In this document: positions 17,195 to 25,460 of the stretch, one piece after another
Numbering within the stretch: the stretch's first letter is position 1
Layout: the number at the start of each line of letters is the position of its first letter
Assembly (NCBI GenBank): GCA_040905905.1
Contig: JBBDQN010000030.1
Location: 15,782 to 79,781 of the forward strand
Direction: 5' to 3'
DNA length: 64,000 bases
DNA from: Acidimicrobiia bacterium
GTDB lineage: Bacteria; Actinomycetota; Acidimicrobiia; Spongiisociales; ZC4RG35
Program-made: the position numbers and the translations under genes
Notes under the pieces: model-generated
What the model was told of the DNA's origin: nothing
Seen by the model: only the letters and a program-made list of their open reading frames with translations
The model's database searches: none

Positions 17195-18814
17195 ATGACA
17201 GTCATAAGCGTGCTCTTCTTAGTGGCGGTGTTGGTTGCGGTTCCTGTGATCCTCTTGACCCGCAAGCGAACTTCGGGAACCGGTGGTTCTCCAGCCGAGG
17301 TCCTCGTGTATCTCATCCTCGCCATAGCGGCCCTGATCGCGACGAACGCTTTCTCGTCCCTGGTCGAGCTGATCGTGCCGGGCCAGGACGTCATCGTCCG
17401 AGACACCGACGAACTGGCTCTGTCGCTAGCGACGTTGATGGTCTCGGGGGTAGTCGCGTTCCTCCTGTGGCGCCGGCTCGAAGCGCAAAAGGTGGTTGGA
17501 GATCGGCCCGCCCGCGCGCTCTACGTGTCGGTAGTTACCGGGTTCAGCATGGCCGTGGTGGCGGCATCGACCGCTCGACTCCTCCTCTGGGTGGTTGGTC
17601 AGGCAGATCTGTCGGAGGTGGCGCTTGCCGATCTCGTCGCTTTTGCTGCCGCCTGGTGGCTGCACGAACGGGCCCGTCGACCGGGAGTGAGCCTCGACGT
17701 AATCCGATCCCTGGCGGGAAGCCTGGTCGGCTTGACGCTGTCTGTCACGGGGCTGGTTGTGGTGCTCCGATCCGCCCTCGCGACGGTCTTTCGGGCGGGG
17801 ACGGTGGTGGCGGGTTCGGGGGTCTGGGATGGAGTCATTCTTGGGCTCGTATTGCTCGCGGTCGGTGTGCCCTACCTCTGGTGGTTCTGGTCCCGCGACG
17901 TTTTCCGAACACCTTCCACCGAGCGGCAAGGCTATGCGACTTTGGTCGCCATCGTGGCGTGGTTCGTTGGGGTCTCAGCAGCTGGAGCGCTTGTGTACTC
18001 CGTGTTCGTACGGGCTTTCGGAATTGAGCCGTCAGGCGTGGCTAGCTCACCTTTGCCGATCCAAATAGCCCTTTTGGCGACCGCGGGGCTGACCTACTGG
18101 CACCATCGTGACATTCTCGGACCGGCCCGTACAGACGCCGTGCGTGTGCTGGCTTACCTGTTCTCGTCGGCAGCATTTGTCGTCGGGGCGGCTTCTTCGG
18201 TCACCTTGATCGTCAACTTGATCGACAACCTCACCGAGGGCTCGGTGGCTGGGACCGGTGCCCGCACGGTGCTGGCGGCGGTTGTCGCTCTAGCCGTCTC
18301 ACTTGCGGTCCTGTGGGTCTATTGGCTGCCAGCCCAGCGTTTGGCCCAGGAACCTGCCGAGGATCGGGCAACATCTCGGCGTCTGGCCATCGTGGGATTG
18401 CTCACGGCATCGGCGGTGACCGCGGTGGGCGGATTGATAGCAGTCGTCTATGGACTGTTGCGGGCGGCATTGGGTAGTGACGCCGATATCGGCGACATAT
18501 TGACCTGGTCGGTTCCGCTGACGGTCGTGACCGGTCTTCTGACCTGGTACTTCGCCAAAATCAGGCCTCGCCGGGCGGAGCCAGGGATAGCCGGTACCCA
18601 GCCGAAGGACTTGACGGTGACGGTGGTCGCAGCCGATCCCGGGCCGCTTCCGGTAATGGTTCACAAGGCTCGGTTGCTCCATCGCACCGACGGCGTTGGA
18701 GTGGTTGACCAGGAACGGGCTGCGGAAATAGTCGCAGCATTGGCCCAGGTCGACACCCCGGCCGCCATCGTCATCGTCGAAGCGGACTCGTTCGATGTGA
18801 TCCCGCTGGCCTGA
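17195..18814 (+). CDS. Large polytopic membrane protein (about 12 TM) with an 80-aa C-terminal soluble tail. Function unknown.
   Basis: A 539-aa ORF made of Trp/Arg-flanked hydrophobic helices, with no transporter family motif that I recognise. Confidence 0.55.
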   Translation: MTVISVLFLVAVLVAVPVILLTRKRTSGTGGSPAEVLVYLILAIAALIATNAFSSLVELIVPGQDVIVRDTDELALSLATLMVSGVVAFLLWRRLEAQKVVGDRPARALYVSVVTGFSMAVVAASTARLLLWVVGQADLSEVALADLVAFAAAWWLHERARRPGVSLDVIRSLAGSLVGLTLSVTGLVVVLRSALATVFRAGTVVAGSGVWDGVILGLVLLAVGVPYLWWFWSRDVFRTPSTERQGYATLVAIVAWFVGVSAAGALVYSVFVRAFGIEPSGVASSPLPIQIALLATAGLTYWHHRDILGPARTDAVRVLAYLFSSAAFVVGAASSVTLIVNLIDNLTEGSVAGTGARTVLAAVVALAVSLAVLWVYWLPAQRLAQEPAEDRATSRRLAIVGLLTASAVTAVGGLIAVVYGLLRAALGSDADIGDILTWSVPLTVVTGLLTWYFAKIRPRRAEPGIAGTQPKDLTVTVVAADPGPLPVMVHKARLLHRTDGVGVVDQERAAEIVAALAQVDTPAAIVIVEADSFDVIPLA

Positions 18815-18833
18815 GGGCACGATACTGGGGACC

Positions 18834-19928
18834 GTGTCCGCTGAGATCGCCCGCTTTTTTGACACCCGGGCCGCCTACACGATGTTTGTCAACGCCACCG
18901 ACGAGAAGTCGGTCGTGGCCGATCGGGTGGGTGCCGAACTGGCCAACATCGACGTCTCTCACCCCGGCCTCCGGGTCTTCGATGCCGGCATGGGCGATGG
19001 TGCACTTCTCGCCCATCTCATGCGTCGGATGCATCAGCGGTTCCCCTTCATTCCATGGTTGATCGTGGCCAAGGAGATCAGCATCGAAGACGTCCGTCAG
19101 GCCCTGGCCCGGCTGCCCGACCGTTTCCTTGAACACCCGGAGATGGTCTTTATCGTGACCAATCTTCCGTTTCGCGATGCTCCCGCTCTGGCTGACCCGG
19201 GTCTGGCCTGGCGGCAGGTGGCGCTGAAGGGTTCCACCACTCGTGAATTCACGGATCAGATCGAGAACCTCTACCCGCAACTCGCCATCGATTGGGAAGT
19301 CAGGACAAGCGAGGTGACCGGGAACCCTCTCAATGTTCGCCCGGCGGCGCTGGTGCTCTATCGCCAGGACCGCGGGTTCTTGGTCGACCCCTTGATTCCG
19401 CGGCCAGGGCGGACCGAGCTCAGATATGACCTGGTGGTGGCGTCACAGGCGTATCGGGCCCGTACTCCAGTACAGCGAAAGGTCAAGAGTGTCCTGGTCC
19501 CGCTGGCCCGCAGCCTGGCCCCGGGGGGCCGGCTGGTAGGGGTGCAGGCACGTGGCGACGACCCCGGTCTGGAGATCATCCGCCGGGTTTGGCCCGACGA
19601 GGATCCCTTCCCCCATCGGCGGACTGCGATCCTCGCCGAAGCCCGCCGGCAACTAGCCGGGGAACCGGGCCTGGTCTACCCCGATCTGAGCGACGAGGAG
19701 TCGGTGTTCCGGTTCCGGCTCCACACAATGCCGTCGGTCGAGGCCGAGCACATCGGAACCTCTTCCGTAGTGGCGGCCTGGAACGCTGCCACCTATGTTG
19801 CCCAGATCGACGAGAAACGTCTGGCGGAGGCGACGGCGACCGGTGGCTATCTCGACGCGACCCGGCGCGTAATGGAGCAACACGGACAAATCTGGTGGAA
19901 CGACGAGGCCTATCTAATCACCCGTTAG
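18834..19928 (+). CDS. Hypothetical protein with a possible Rossmann-fold methyltransferase-like N-terminal domain.
   Basis: VFDAGMGDGALL resembles MTase motif I. An acidic residue sits in LIVAKEIS, and VTNLPF resembles a degenerate (D/N)PP(F/Y) motif IV. Weak assignment. Confidence 0.45.
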   Translation: MSAEIARFFDTRAAYTMFVNATDEKSVVADRVGAELANIDVSHPGLRVFDAGMGDGALLAHLMRRMHQRFPFIPWLIVAKEISIEDVRQALARLPDRFLEHPEMVFIVTNLPFRDAPALADPGLAWRQVALKGSTTREFTDQIENLYPQLAIDWEVRTSEVTGNPLNVRPAALVLYRQDRGFLVDPLIPRPGRTELRYDLVVASQAYRARTPVQRKVKSVLVPLARSLAPGGRLVGVQARGDDPGLEIIRRVWPDEDPFPHRRTAILAEARRQLAGEPGLVYPDLSDEESVFRFRLHTMPSVEAEHIGTSSVVAAWNAATYVAQIDEKRLAEATATGGYLDATRRVMEQHGQIWWNDEAYLITR

Positions 19929-19931
19929 CCC

Positions 19932-19981
19932 GCTTTAGCGACCCAGACCCATCGCCAAGCGATGGGTCTGGGTGATAAAAA
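19932..19981. repeat. Palindromic intergenic repeat, copy C. The outer left arm is variant.
   Basis: GCTTTAGCGACCCAGACCCATCG-CCAAG-CGATGGGTCTGGGTGATAAAAAGG. It lies between the stop at 19928 and the gabT start. Confidence 0.7.
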
Positions 19982-20004
19982 GGCAGTATGAGGAGAGAGA
20001 AATT

Positions 20005-21276
20005 GTGACCAATGCAGAACTGATGGAGCGTCGCAACCGGGCGTTTGCCCGGGGGATCGGGGCGACGTTCCCGATCTTTGTTGACCGCGCACTCAACGCC
20101 GAGCTGTGGGATGTGGAGGGTCGCCGGTATATCGACTTCACCGGTGGGATCGCCGTTCTCAACACAGGCCATCTCCATCCCCAGGTGGCGGAAGCAGTTT
20201 CGGCCCAGCTCGCCCGATTCAGCCATACCTGTTTCATGGTTGCCCCGTACGAGCCGGCCGTGGCTCTGGCTGAGCGGCTCAATCAACTCGTCCCTGGATC
20301 CACTCCCAAGAAGACCGCCCTCTTCAGCACCGGAGCCGAGGCGGTGGAAAACGCCGTGAAGATTGCCCGTGCCTTCACCGGCCGGGCCGGGGTGATCGCC
20401 TTTTCGGGAGGCTTCCACGGTCGCACGCTCCTTGCCCTGGCGCTTACCGGCAAGGTGGCGCCCTATAAGACCGGGTTTGGACCTTTCCCCTCCGAGGTCT
20501 TCCACGCCCCCTATCCGCATCCCTACCGCGGCGTCTCCACCGCCGACGCCCTCGCCGGGGTCGAGCACATCTTCAAAGAAGACATCGAGCCCGAAAGGGT
20601 GGCGGCTTTGATCATCGAGCCGGTCCTGGGGGAAGGTGGCTATATCCCGGCTCCGTCCGATTTCCTGGTGGGATTGCGTGAGATCTGCGATCGCCACGGC
20701 ATCGTCCTCATTGCCGACGAGATCCAGACTGGCTTTGCCCGCACCGGCCGCTGGTTTGCCATCGAACACGCCGGGATCGAGGCCGACCTGGTGACGATGG
20801 CAAAGTCGCTGGCGGGCGGCTTCCCGCTCTCGGCGGTTACAGGCAAGGCCGAGATCATGGATGCTCCCGGGCCCGGCGGACTAGGCGGAACATACGCCGG
20901 CTCGCCCATGGCCTGCGCGGCCGCCCTGGCGGTGATCGATGTGATCGAACATGAAGGTCTGGCCGAACGCGCCCAGTCAATTGGTGGAAAGGTAGTGAAG
21001 ACCCTGGAAGGCTGGGCCGAGTCCGATCCGCGGATCGGAGAGGTAAGGGGCCTCGGGGCAATGGTCGGAGTGGAGTTGGTAACCGACCCCACCACTCGCC
21101 AGCCCGACGCCGACCGCACCAAGGCGATCACCATGGCGGCTCTCGAAGAAGGACTGATCCTGCTGTCCTGCGGTGTGTACGGGAACGTTCTGCGAGTGAT
21201 GGTGCCTCTGACCGCCTCCGACGAAATCGTCGAAGAGGGCCTGGAGGCAATGGAGCGGGCTTTCGCTCGCACCTGA
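20005..21276 (+). CDS. gabT: 4-aminobutyrate aminotransferase-like class III PLP-dependent aminotransferase.
   Basis: Class-III aminotransferase motifs are present, including the PLP-lysine region DEIQTGFARTGRWFA. GTG at 20005 follows a GGAGAGAG ribosome-binding site. The upstream GTG at 19972 lies inside the repeat. Confidence 0.8.
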   Translation: MTNAELMERRNRAFARGIGATFPIFVDRALNAELWDVEGRRYIDFTGGIAVLNTGHLHPQVAEAVSAQLARFSHTCFMVAPYEPAVALAERLNQLVPGSTPKKTALFSTGAEAVENAVKIARAFTGRAGVIAFSGGFHGRTLLALALTGKVAPYKTGFGPFPSEVFHAPYPHPYRGVSTADALAGVEHIFKEDIEPERVAALIIEPVLGEGGYIPAPSDFLVGLREICDRHGIVLIADEIQTGFARTGRWFAIEHAGIEADLVTMAKSLAGGFPLSAVTGKAEIMDAPGPGGLGGTYAGSPMACAAALAVIDVIEHEGLAERAQSIGGKVVKTLEGWAESDPRIGEVRGLGAMVGVELVTDPTTRQPDADRTKAITMAALEEGLILLSCGVYGNVLRVMVPLTASDEIVEEGLEAMERAFART

Positions 21277-21359
21277 CCCCACCGGCTTTCAGCGACACCG
21301 GCCGGCGATGATCGGTAGCCTCGCCATCAAGGTCGAAGTCGACGAACCGGAGGGACAAG

Positions 21360-21620
21360 ATGGGTATCGGCGAGATCATCGGTTATCTAGTCATAGGCGC
21401 AGTAGTGGGCCCCCTGGCCAGGCTGCTGGTTCCGGGCAAGGACCCGATGAGCGTCGTCATGACGGTGGTGGCAGGAATCATTGGAGCCTTGCTGGGCGGT
21501 CTTGTGTTTGCGCAATGGATCACCCCGGACAACACCGGTGTGCCCTGGATCGCTTCCGTCCTGGGTGCAGTGTTGGTAGTCCTCGTCCTCCGGATGATGA
21601 GAAGGTCAAGGACCGCCTGA
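21360..21620 (+). CDS. GlsB/YeaQ/YmgE family stress-response membrane protein.
   Basis: An 86-aa protein with Gly-rich TM helices (VGPLARLLVPGKDPMS...GALLGGLV). A GGAGGGA ribosome-binding site precedes the start. Confidence 0.7.
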   Translation: MGIGEIIGYLVIGAVVGPLARLLVPGKDPMSVVMTVVAGIIGALLGGLVFAQWITPDNTGVPWIASVLGAVLVVLVLRMMRRSRTA

Positions 21621-21624
21621 TCCG

Positions 21625-22482
21625 TTAGCCGGCCGCGCCCAGCGGTGCACACGGCTCTTCGCCCGCGAAGAGGGGTCGTACCGCGATCGAATATTCGGTG
21701 CCGGCATCTTCCCAGGTGCTTTCCTGGCTGGCCTGGGCGAATATTGACAAGAGCTGAGTCATCTCGTCACCTTCAAAGGTGGCGCAACGCCAGGTGGTCA
21801 AGTTGACCGGTGCCATTTCCTCGTAGGAGACCGAAAGCGGCCACGGGCGAACATCGGCGAACCCAGGCTCGGCCGGGAACTCGCGGATGCCTGCCAGAAC
21901 CTGGATCACGGTCGGCTCGAGGGGCCCTCCCGCCTGGCCAAAGCCAGCCTCCTCCAACTGGACAATCAGATTGGCCAATTGCGGCACCCGGGCGTCGGTG
22001 AAGTCCACTCCTCCCAGGGGGTCGGTGGCCAGACCCAGCGCATAAACAGAGAAGCGGTGAGACCCGTCCTGGTTGTAGAAGGTCACCACCGTGTTGGAGG
22101 CGTCGGCGATGAAGTTGGCGGCATCGTTGTTGGTTTCGTCGACGATGTTGACAAAACCGAGGCCGTCAAGCTCCTCGAGGACGAACAACATGGTCTCCTC
22201 GTCGAGTTGGGTTTGCTGATAGGGGATGAGCAGCGGCCCCGGGAAGATCGCGGTCATGGCTCCCTGGCTGATCAGGGTGCCGTCGCGCAGCAGGGCGAGA
22301 CGGGGACCCTGGCGCACCATGAAGTCGGGAGGGACGAAGCCACCTTCATCCCGAACGATCAACAAGGCAGACGCCGGATCGTCGTTGAGGTTGAGGGTGG
22401 AGGCAAGCCCGCCGTCCTCGCCGCCGCCACAGGCCACGGCCAGCAGGACGAACGTCGACAGGGCGATCAGTTTCGTTCGCAT
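21625..22482 (-). CDS. Hypothetical lipoprotein.
   Basis: MRTKLIALSTFVLLAVACGGG is a signal peptide plus lipobox. The long upstream ORF extension is unlikely to be coding. Confidence 0.55.
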   Translation of the reverse strand: MRTKLIALSTFVLLAVACGGGEDGGLASTLNLNDDPASALLIVRDEGGFVPPDFMVRQGPRLALLRDGTLISQGAMTAIFPGPLLIPYQQTQLDEETMLFVLEELDGLGFVNIVDETNNDAANFIADASNTVVTFYNQDGSHRFSVYALGLATDPLGGVDFTDARVPQLANLIVQLEEAGFGQAGGPLEPTVIQVLAGIREFPAEPGFADVRPWPLSVSYEEMAPVNLTTWRCATFEGDEMTQLLSIFAQASQESTWEDAGTEYSIAVRPLFAGEEPCAPLGAAG

Positions 22483-22517
22483 TGGCCTTGGACGCCTGGT
22501 CGGTCCCGTCAGTTCCC

Positions 22518-23798
22518 TCAGCGTCCGGTTTCGTAGTCGGCTAGAGCCTGGTCGATGAGGTCGATGGCCCACTCGAGCTCGGGCTGCGTCGTGACCAACG
22601 GTGGAACGAAGCGGATGATGTTGGCATCGGGGCCGCAGTCGATGACGATCAGGTCCCGCTCCAAACAGAAGCGGTGGACCGAGCCGAAGGCCTCCGGGTC
22701 TGGTTCCCTGGTCCCCGGATCTTTGACTAGCTCGACTCCGATCATAAGGCCAAGGCCGCGGACGTCACCGATGGTCGGATGATCGGTGGCGAGCTTGCCG
22801 AGGCGTTCAAAGGCGTGGGCAGACAGCTCCCGGGCGTGGGGAAGCAGGTCCCCCATCGTGTCCATCACCGCGACGGCGGCGGCGCAGGCCACCGGGTTGC
22901 CGCCAAACGTTGTGCCATGCGATCCCCGTGGCCAGGCGTCCATCATCTCCGCGGAGGCGCCATAGGCAGACAACGGCAGACCGTTGGCAATGCCTTTGCC
23001 GAGGGCGATCACATCGGGTTTGGCCTGGTAGTGATCGGATGCGAACCACTCGGCGGTGCGCCCAAAACCGGATTGCACCTCGTCGTAAACGAGTTTGATG
23101 CCGTGCTTGCGCGCCAGCTCTGCAAGTTCGTCGAGAAAACGGGCCGGGGCCGCGTAATACCCGCCTTCACCCTGTACCGGTTCGATCAGGAAACCGGCGA
23201 TGTTGGCAGGGAACACCTCGTGTTTGAACATGAGGGACAGCTCCCAGAGGCAGTGATCGACGGCCTGCTCCTCGGTCATTCCCCACCGGTAGGGATGGGG
23301 GAAGGGGGCGACGAAGACCGAGCCGAGAATGGGGTGGTAACCCTCGCGGTATTTGGCGTTCGAGGTCGTGTAGGAGACCGATCCCATCGTGCGGCCATGA
23401 AAGGCACCCCGGAACACCACCAGACCCTGACGTCCGGTGACTTTGCGGGTGAGTTTGACCGCAGCTTCCACAGCTTCGGCTCCGGAGTTGGCGAACCCGA
23501 ACTTCTCGATGGCCGGGGGGGTGATGGCCCGCAACCGTTCGGCCGTCTCGACGATGCTGTCGTAGCGGAAGATGCAGCCGGAATGGATGAACCGATCGAT
23601 CTGGGCGTGAACGGCGGCGACCACGGCGGGGTGATTGTGGCCGAGGTTGGTCACGGCGGTACCACAGGCAAAGTCGGCGTACCTGCGCCCGTCGGCGGTG
23701 TGGACCCAGATGCCTTCGGCCCGTTCGGCGATCACGTCGGTGTCGAAGGCGATGACCGGGGCAATCAAGCCTTGGTGGCGGGAGATGAGATCGGACAT
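22518..23798 (-). CDS. Class III PLP-dependent aminotransferase (GabT/ornithine aminotransferase-like), a paralog of the gabT at 20005.
   Basis: Class-III aminotransferase motifs are present, including YDEVQSGFGRTAEWFA. The start is at MSDLISRH. Confidence 0.8.
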   Translation of the reverse strand: MSDLISRHQGLIAPVIAFDTDVIAERAEGIWVHTADGRRYADFACGTAVTNLGHNHPAVVAAVHAQIDRFIHSGCIFRYDSIVETAERLRAITPPAIEKFGFANSGAEAVEAAVKLTRKVTGRQGLVVFRGAFHGRTMGSVSYTTSNAKYREGYHPILGSVFVAPFPHPYRWGMTEEQAVDHCLWELSLMFKHEVFPANIAGFLIEPVQGEGGYYAAPARFLDELAELARKHGIKLVYDEVQSGFGRTAEWFASDHYQAKPDVIALGKGIANGLPLSAYGASAEMMDAWPRGSHGTTFGGNPVACAAAVAVMDTMGDLLPHARELSAHAFERLGKLATDHPTIGDVRGLGLMIGVELVKDPGTREPDPEAFGSVHRFCLERDLIVIDCGPDANIIRFVPPLVTTQPELEWAIDLIDQALADYETGR

Positions 23799-24113
23799 GG
23801 GAAGTGCTCCTTGTGAGATGGCAGGAAGGACTACGGCGGGCCGTGGTCTATGGAGCGGCGAAGAGACTCGCCCGATCGTGTCGGGGCGCACAAGGCATGG
23901 CCACATCCTACCGACCGGCGGTGCCCTCCTCTATGCTGCCGACCGGCGAGTCTCTCGCCTCACCTGCTGACCTGGTGCCCACACCACCTGGCGAGGCGCG
24001 GGGAAAGGTGGCCTTTTGCCATCGAGACGCTTTCAACGTGTTGATCCCAAACATGACGGGAGCCGCCTGACAGAGGTGTGGGCTCGTGGTGGCCCCGTGT
24101 GTGGAGGCACAAC

Positions 24114-25400
24114 ATGACCACTCAGAAGAAACTCAAGGCCCTGGTCCGCGCCCGCATGGACAAGACCGGCGAGAGCTACACCGTCGCTCGCCGTCAGGTC
24201 CTCAACGACCAGCCGACCGACACCTATCAGCTCCGGGGCGGAGTTAGCCCGGAGACGGCAGCCCTAGCCAACATCCTCGCCAGCCGGGGAATCACCGATC
24301 CCACCACCGGCCAACCAATTGGTGAGGCTCTGGTTCTCGGCGTCGGCGGCGGCGTCGGGGCCGGTTACATCCTCTGGGAGTTTCACGACGACAACCGCCG
24401 GGTGGTGACGACCGCCTTCCGCAACCAGTGGCAGTACCCCGACCGTTGGTTCCTCAAGACCTGCGAACGGCTGGGGGTACCGGTCACCCTCACCGAGACC
24501 ACCGGTGAGAAACGGGCCGCCCAACAGCTCAACCAGGCCCTCGACGCCGGCCTGCCGGTCCTGGCCTTCGTCTCCACGGTCGACCTCCCCTTCTGGCATC
24601 TGCCGGAAGAGGAGGCGGGTTGGATTGGCTACACACTGGCGCTGTACGGACGCCATGGCGATCGGATCCTGGTCGACGATCGCAACCACCGGCGCCTCAC
24701 CATGTCGACGGACGCCACCGCCGTGGCGAGGGGGCGTATCCCCTCTTACAAGAACCGGTTGCTGGTTCCGGACGCAGCCGCCACCGAACTCACCGAGGAG
24801 AAGTTGGTCAGCTCGGTCGAGGCGGCCCTGGTCGAGCAGGTCGAGCACCTGTCTTCCCGGTCGGACTCCTTCTCGTTGCCGGCGATCGGCAAGTGGGTGA
24901 AGATGCTTACCGAGCCCCGACACTCCAAGTCGTGGGCGCGGGTGTTTGAAGACGGGGACGGTCTGTTGCGGGCTTTGGTCTGGACCCATGAGTCGGTCAC
25001 CGAAGTCGGAATCTATGGCGGAAACCTGAGGCCGTTGTTCGCCGAGTTTCTGGTCGAGGCCGCCAGGCTGACCGGACGCGACTTGGGGGCCGCCAACCTT
25101 GCCTACCGCCAGGCAGCCCTCGCCTGGGGGGCCTTCGCCGACGAATGCCTGAAGGCACCGGTGGTGAAGGAGGTCGTCGAACTCGACGCCCGCCGGCGGG
25201 AGGCGGTGAAGACGGGAGATGCAGGATGGGAGGAAGCCGCTGCCGTCGCTGCCCGCAGCAACGCCCTGATCCGGGCGTCCGACATCGGGCTCGACCTGGC
25301 GGGGAGAAACCAGCTCTTCCAGGACATGGGGGCCGCCCTCGCCGAGGTCCATATCGCCGAACGGGCGGCCCTGGCAGCCTTGGCCGGGTCGATTAGCTAG
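24114..25400 (+). CDS. Hypothetical protein, possibly BtrH-N/DUF4872-like, with a basic N-terminal helix.
   Basis: The N-terminus is MTTQKKLKALVRARMDKTGESYTVARRQVL. The downstream GGVSPETAALANIL segment resembles the BtrH_N opening with the Cys replaced. Low-confidence similarity. Confidence 0.5.
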   Translation: MTTQKKLKALVRARMDKTGESYTVARRQVLNDQPTDTYQLRGGVSPETAALANILASRGITDPTTGQPIGEALVLGVGGGVGAGYILWEFHDDNRRVVTTAFRNQWQYPDRWFLKTCERLGVPVTLTETTGEKRAAQQLNQALDAGLPVLAFVSTVDLPFWHLPEEEAGWIGYTLALYGRHGDRILVDDRNHRRLTMSTDATAVARGRIPSYKNRLLVPDAAATELTEEKLVSSVEAALVEQVEHLSSRSDSFSLPAIGKWVKMLTEPRHSKSWARVFEDGDGLLRALVWTHESVTEVGIYGGNLRPLFAEFLVEAARLTGRDLGAANLAYRQAALAWGAFADECLKAPVVKEVVELDARRREAVKTGDAGWEEAAAVAARSNALIRASDIGLDLAGRNQLFQDMGAALAEVHIAERAALAALAGSIS

Positions 25401-25460
25401 CCGCCGTAAGGTAGCCACATCGAGTCGCATCTACGACCAGCCGAGGCCACAATTTCGCGG

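Noticed and set aside
19972-20004. GTG at 19972 as the gabT start.
   Set aside because: It lies inside palindromic repeat C. GTG at 20005 has a proper GGAGAGAG ribosome-binding site and gives a typical N-terminus.
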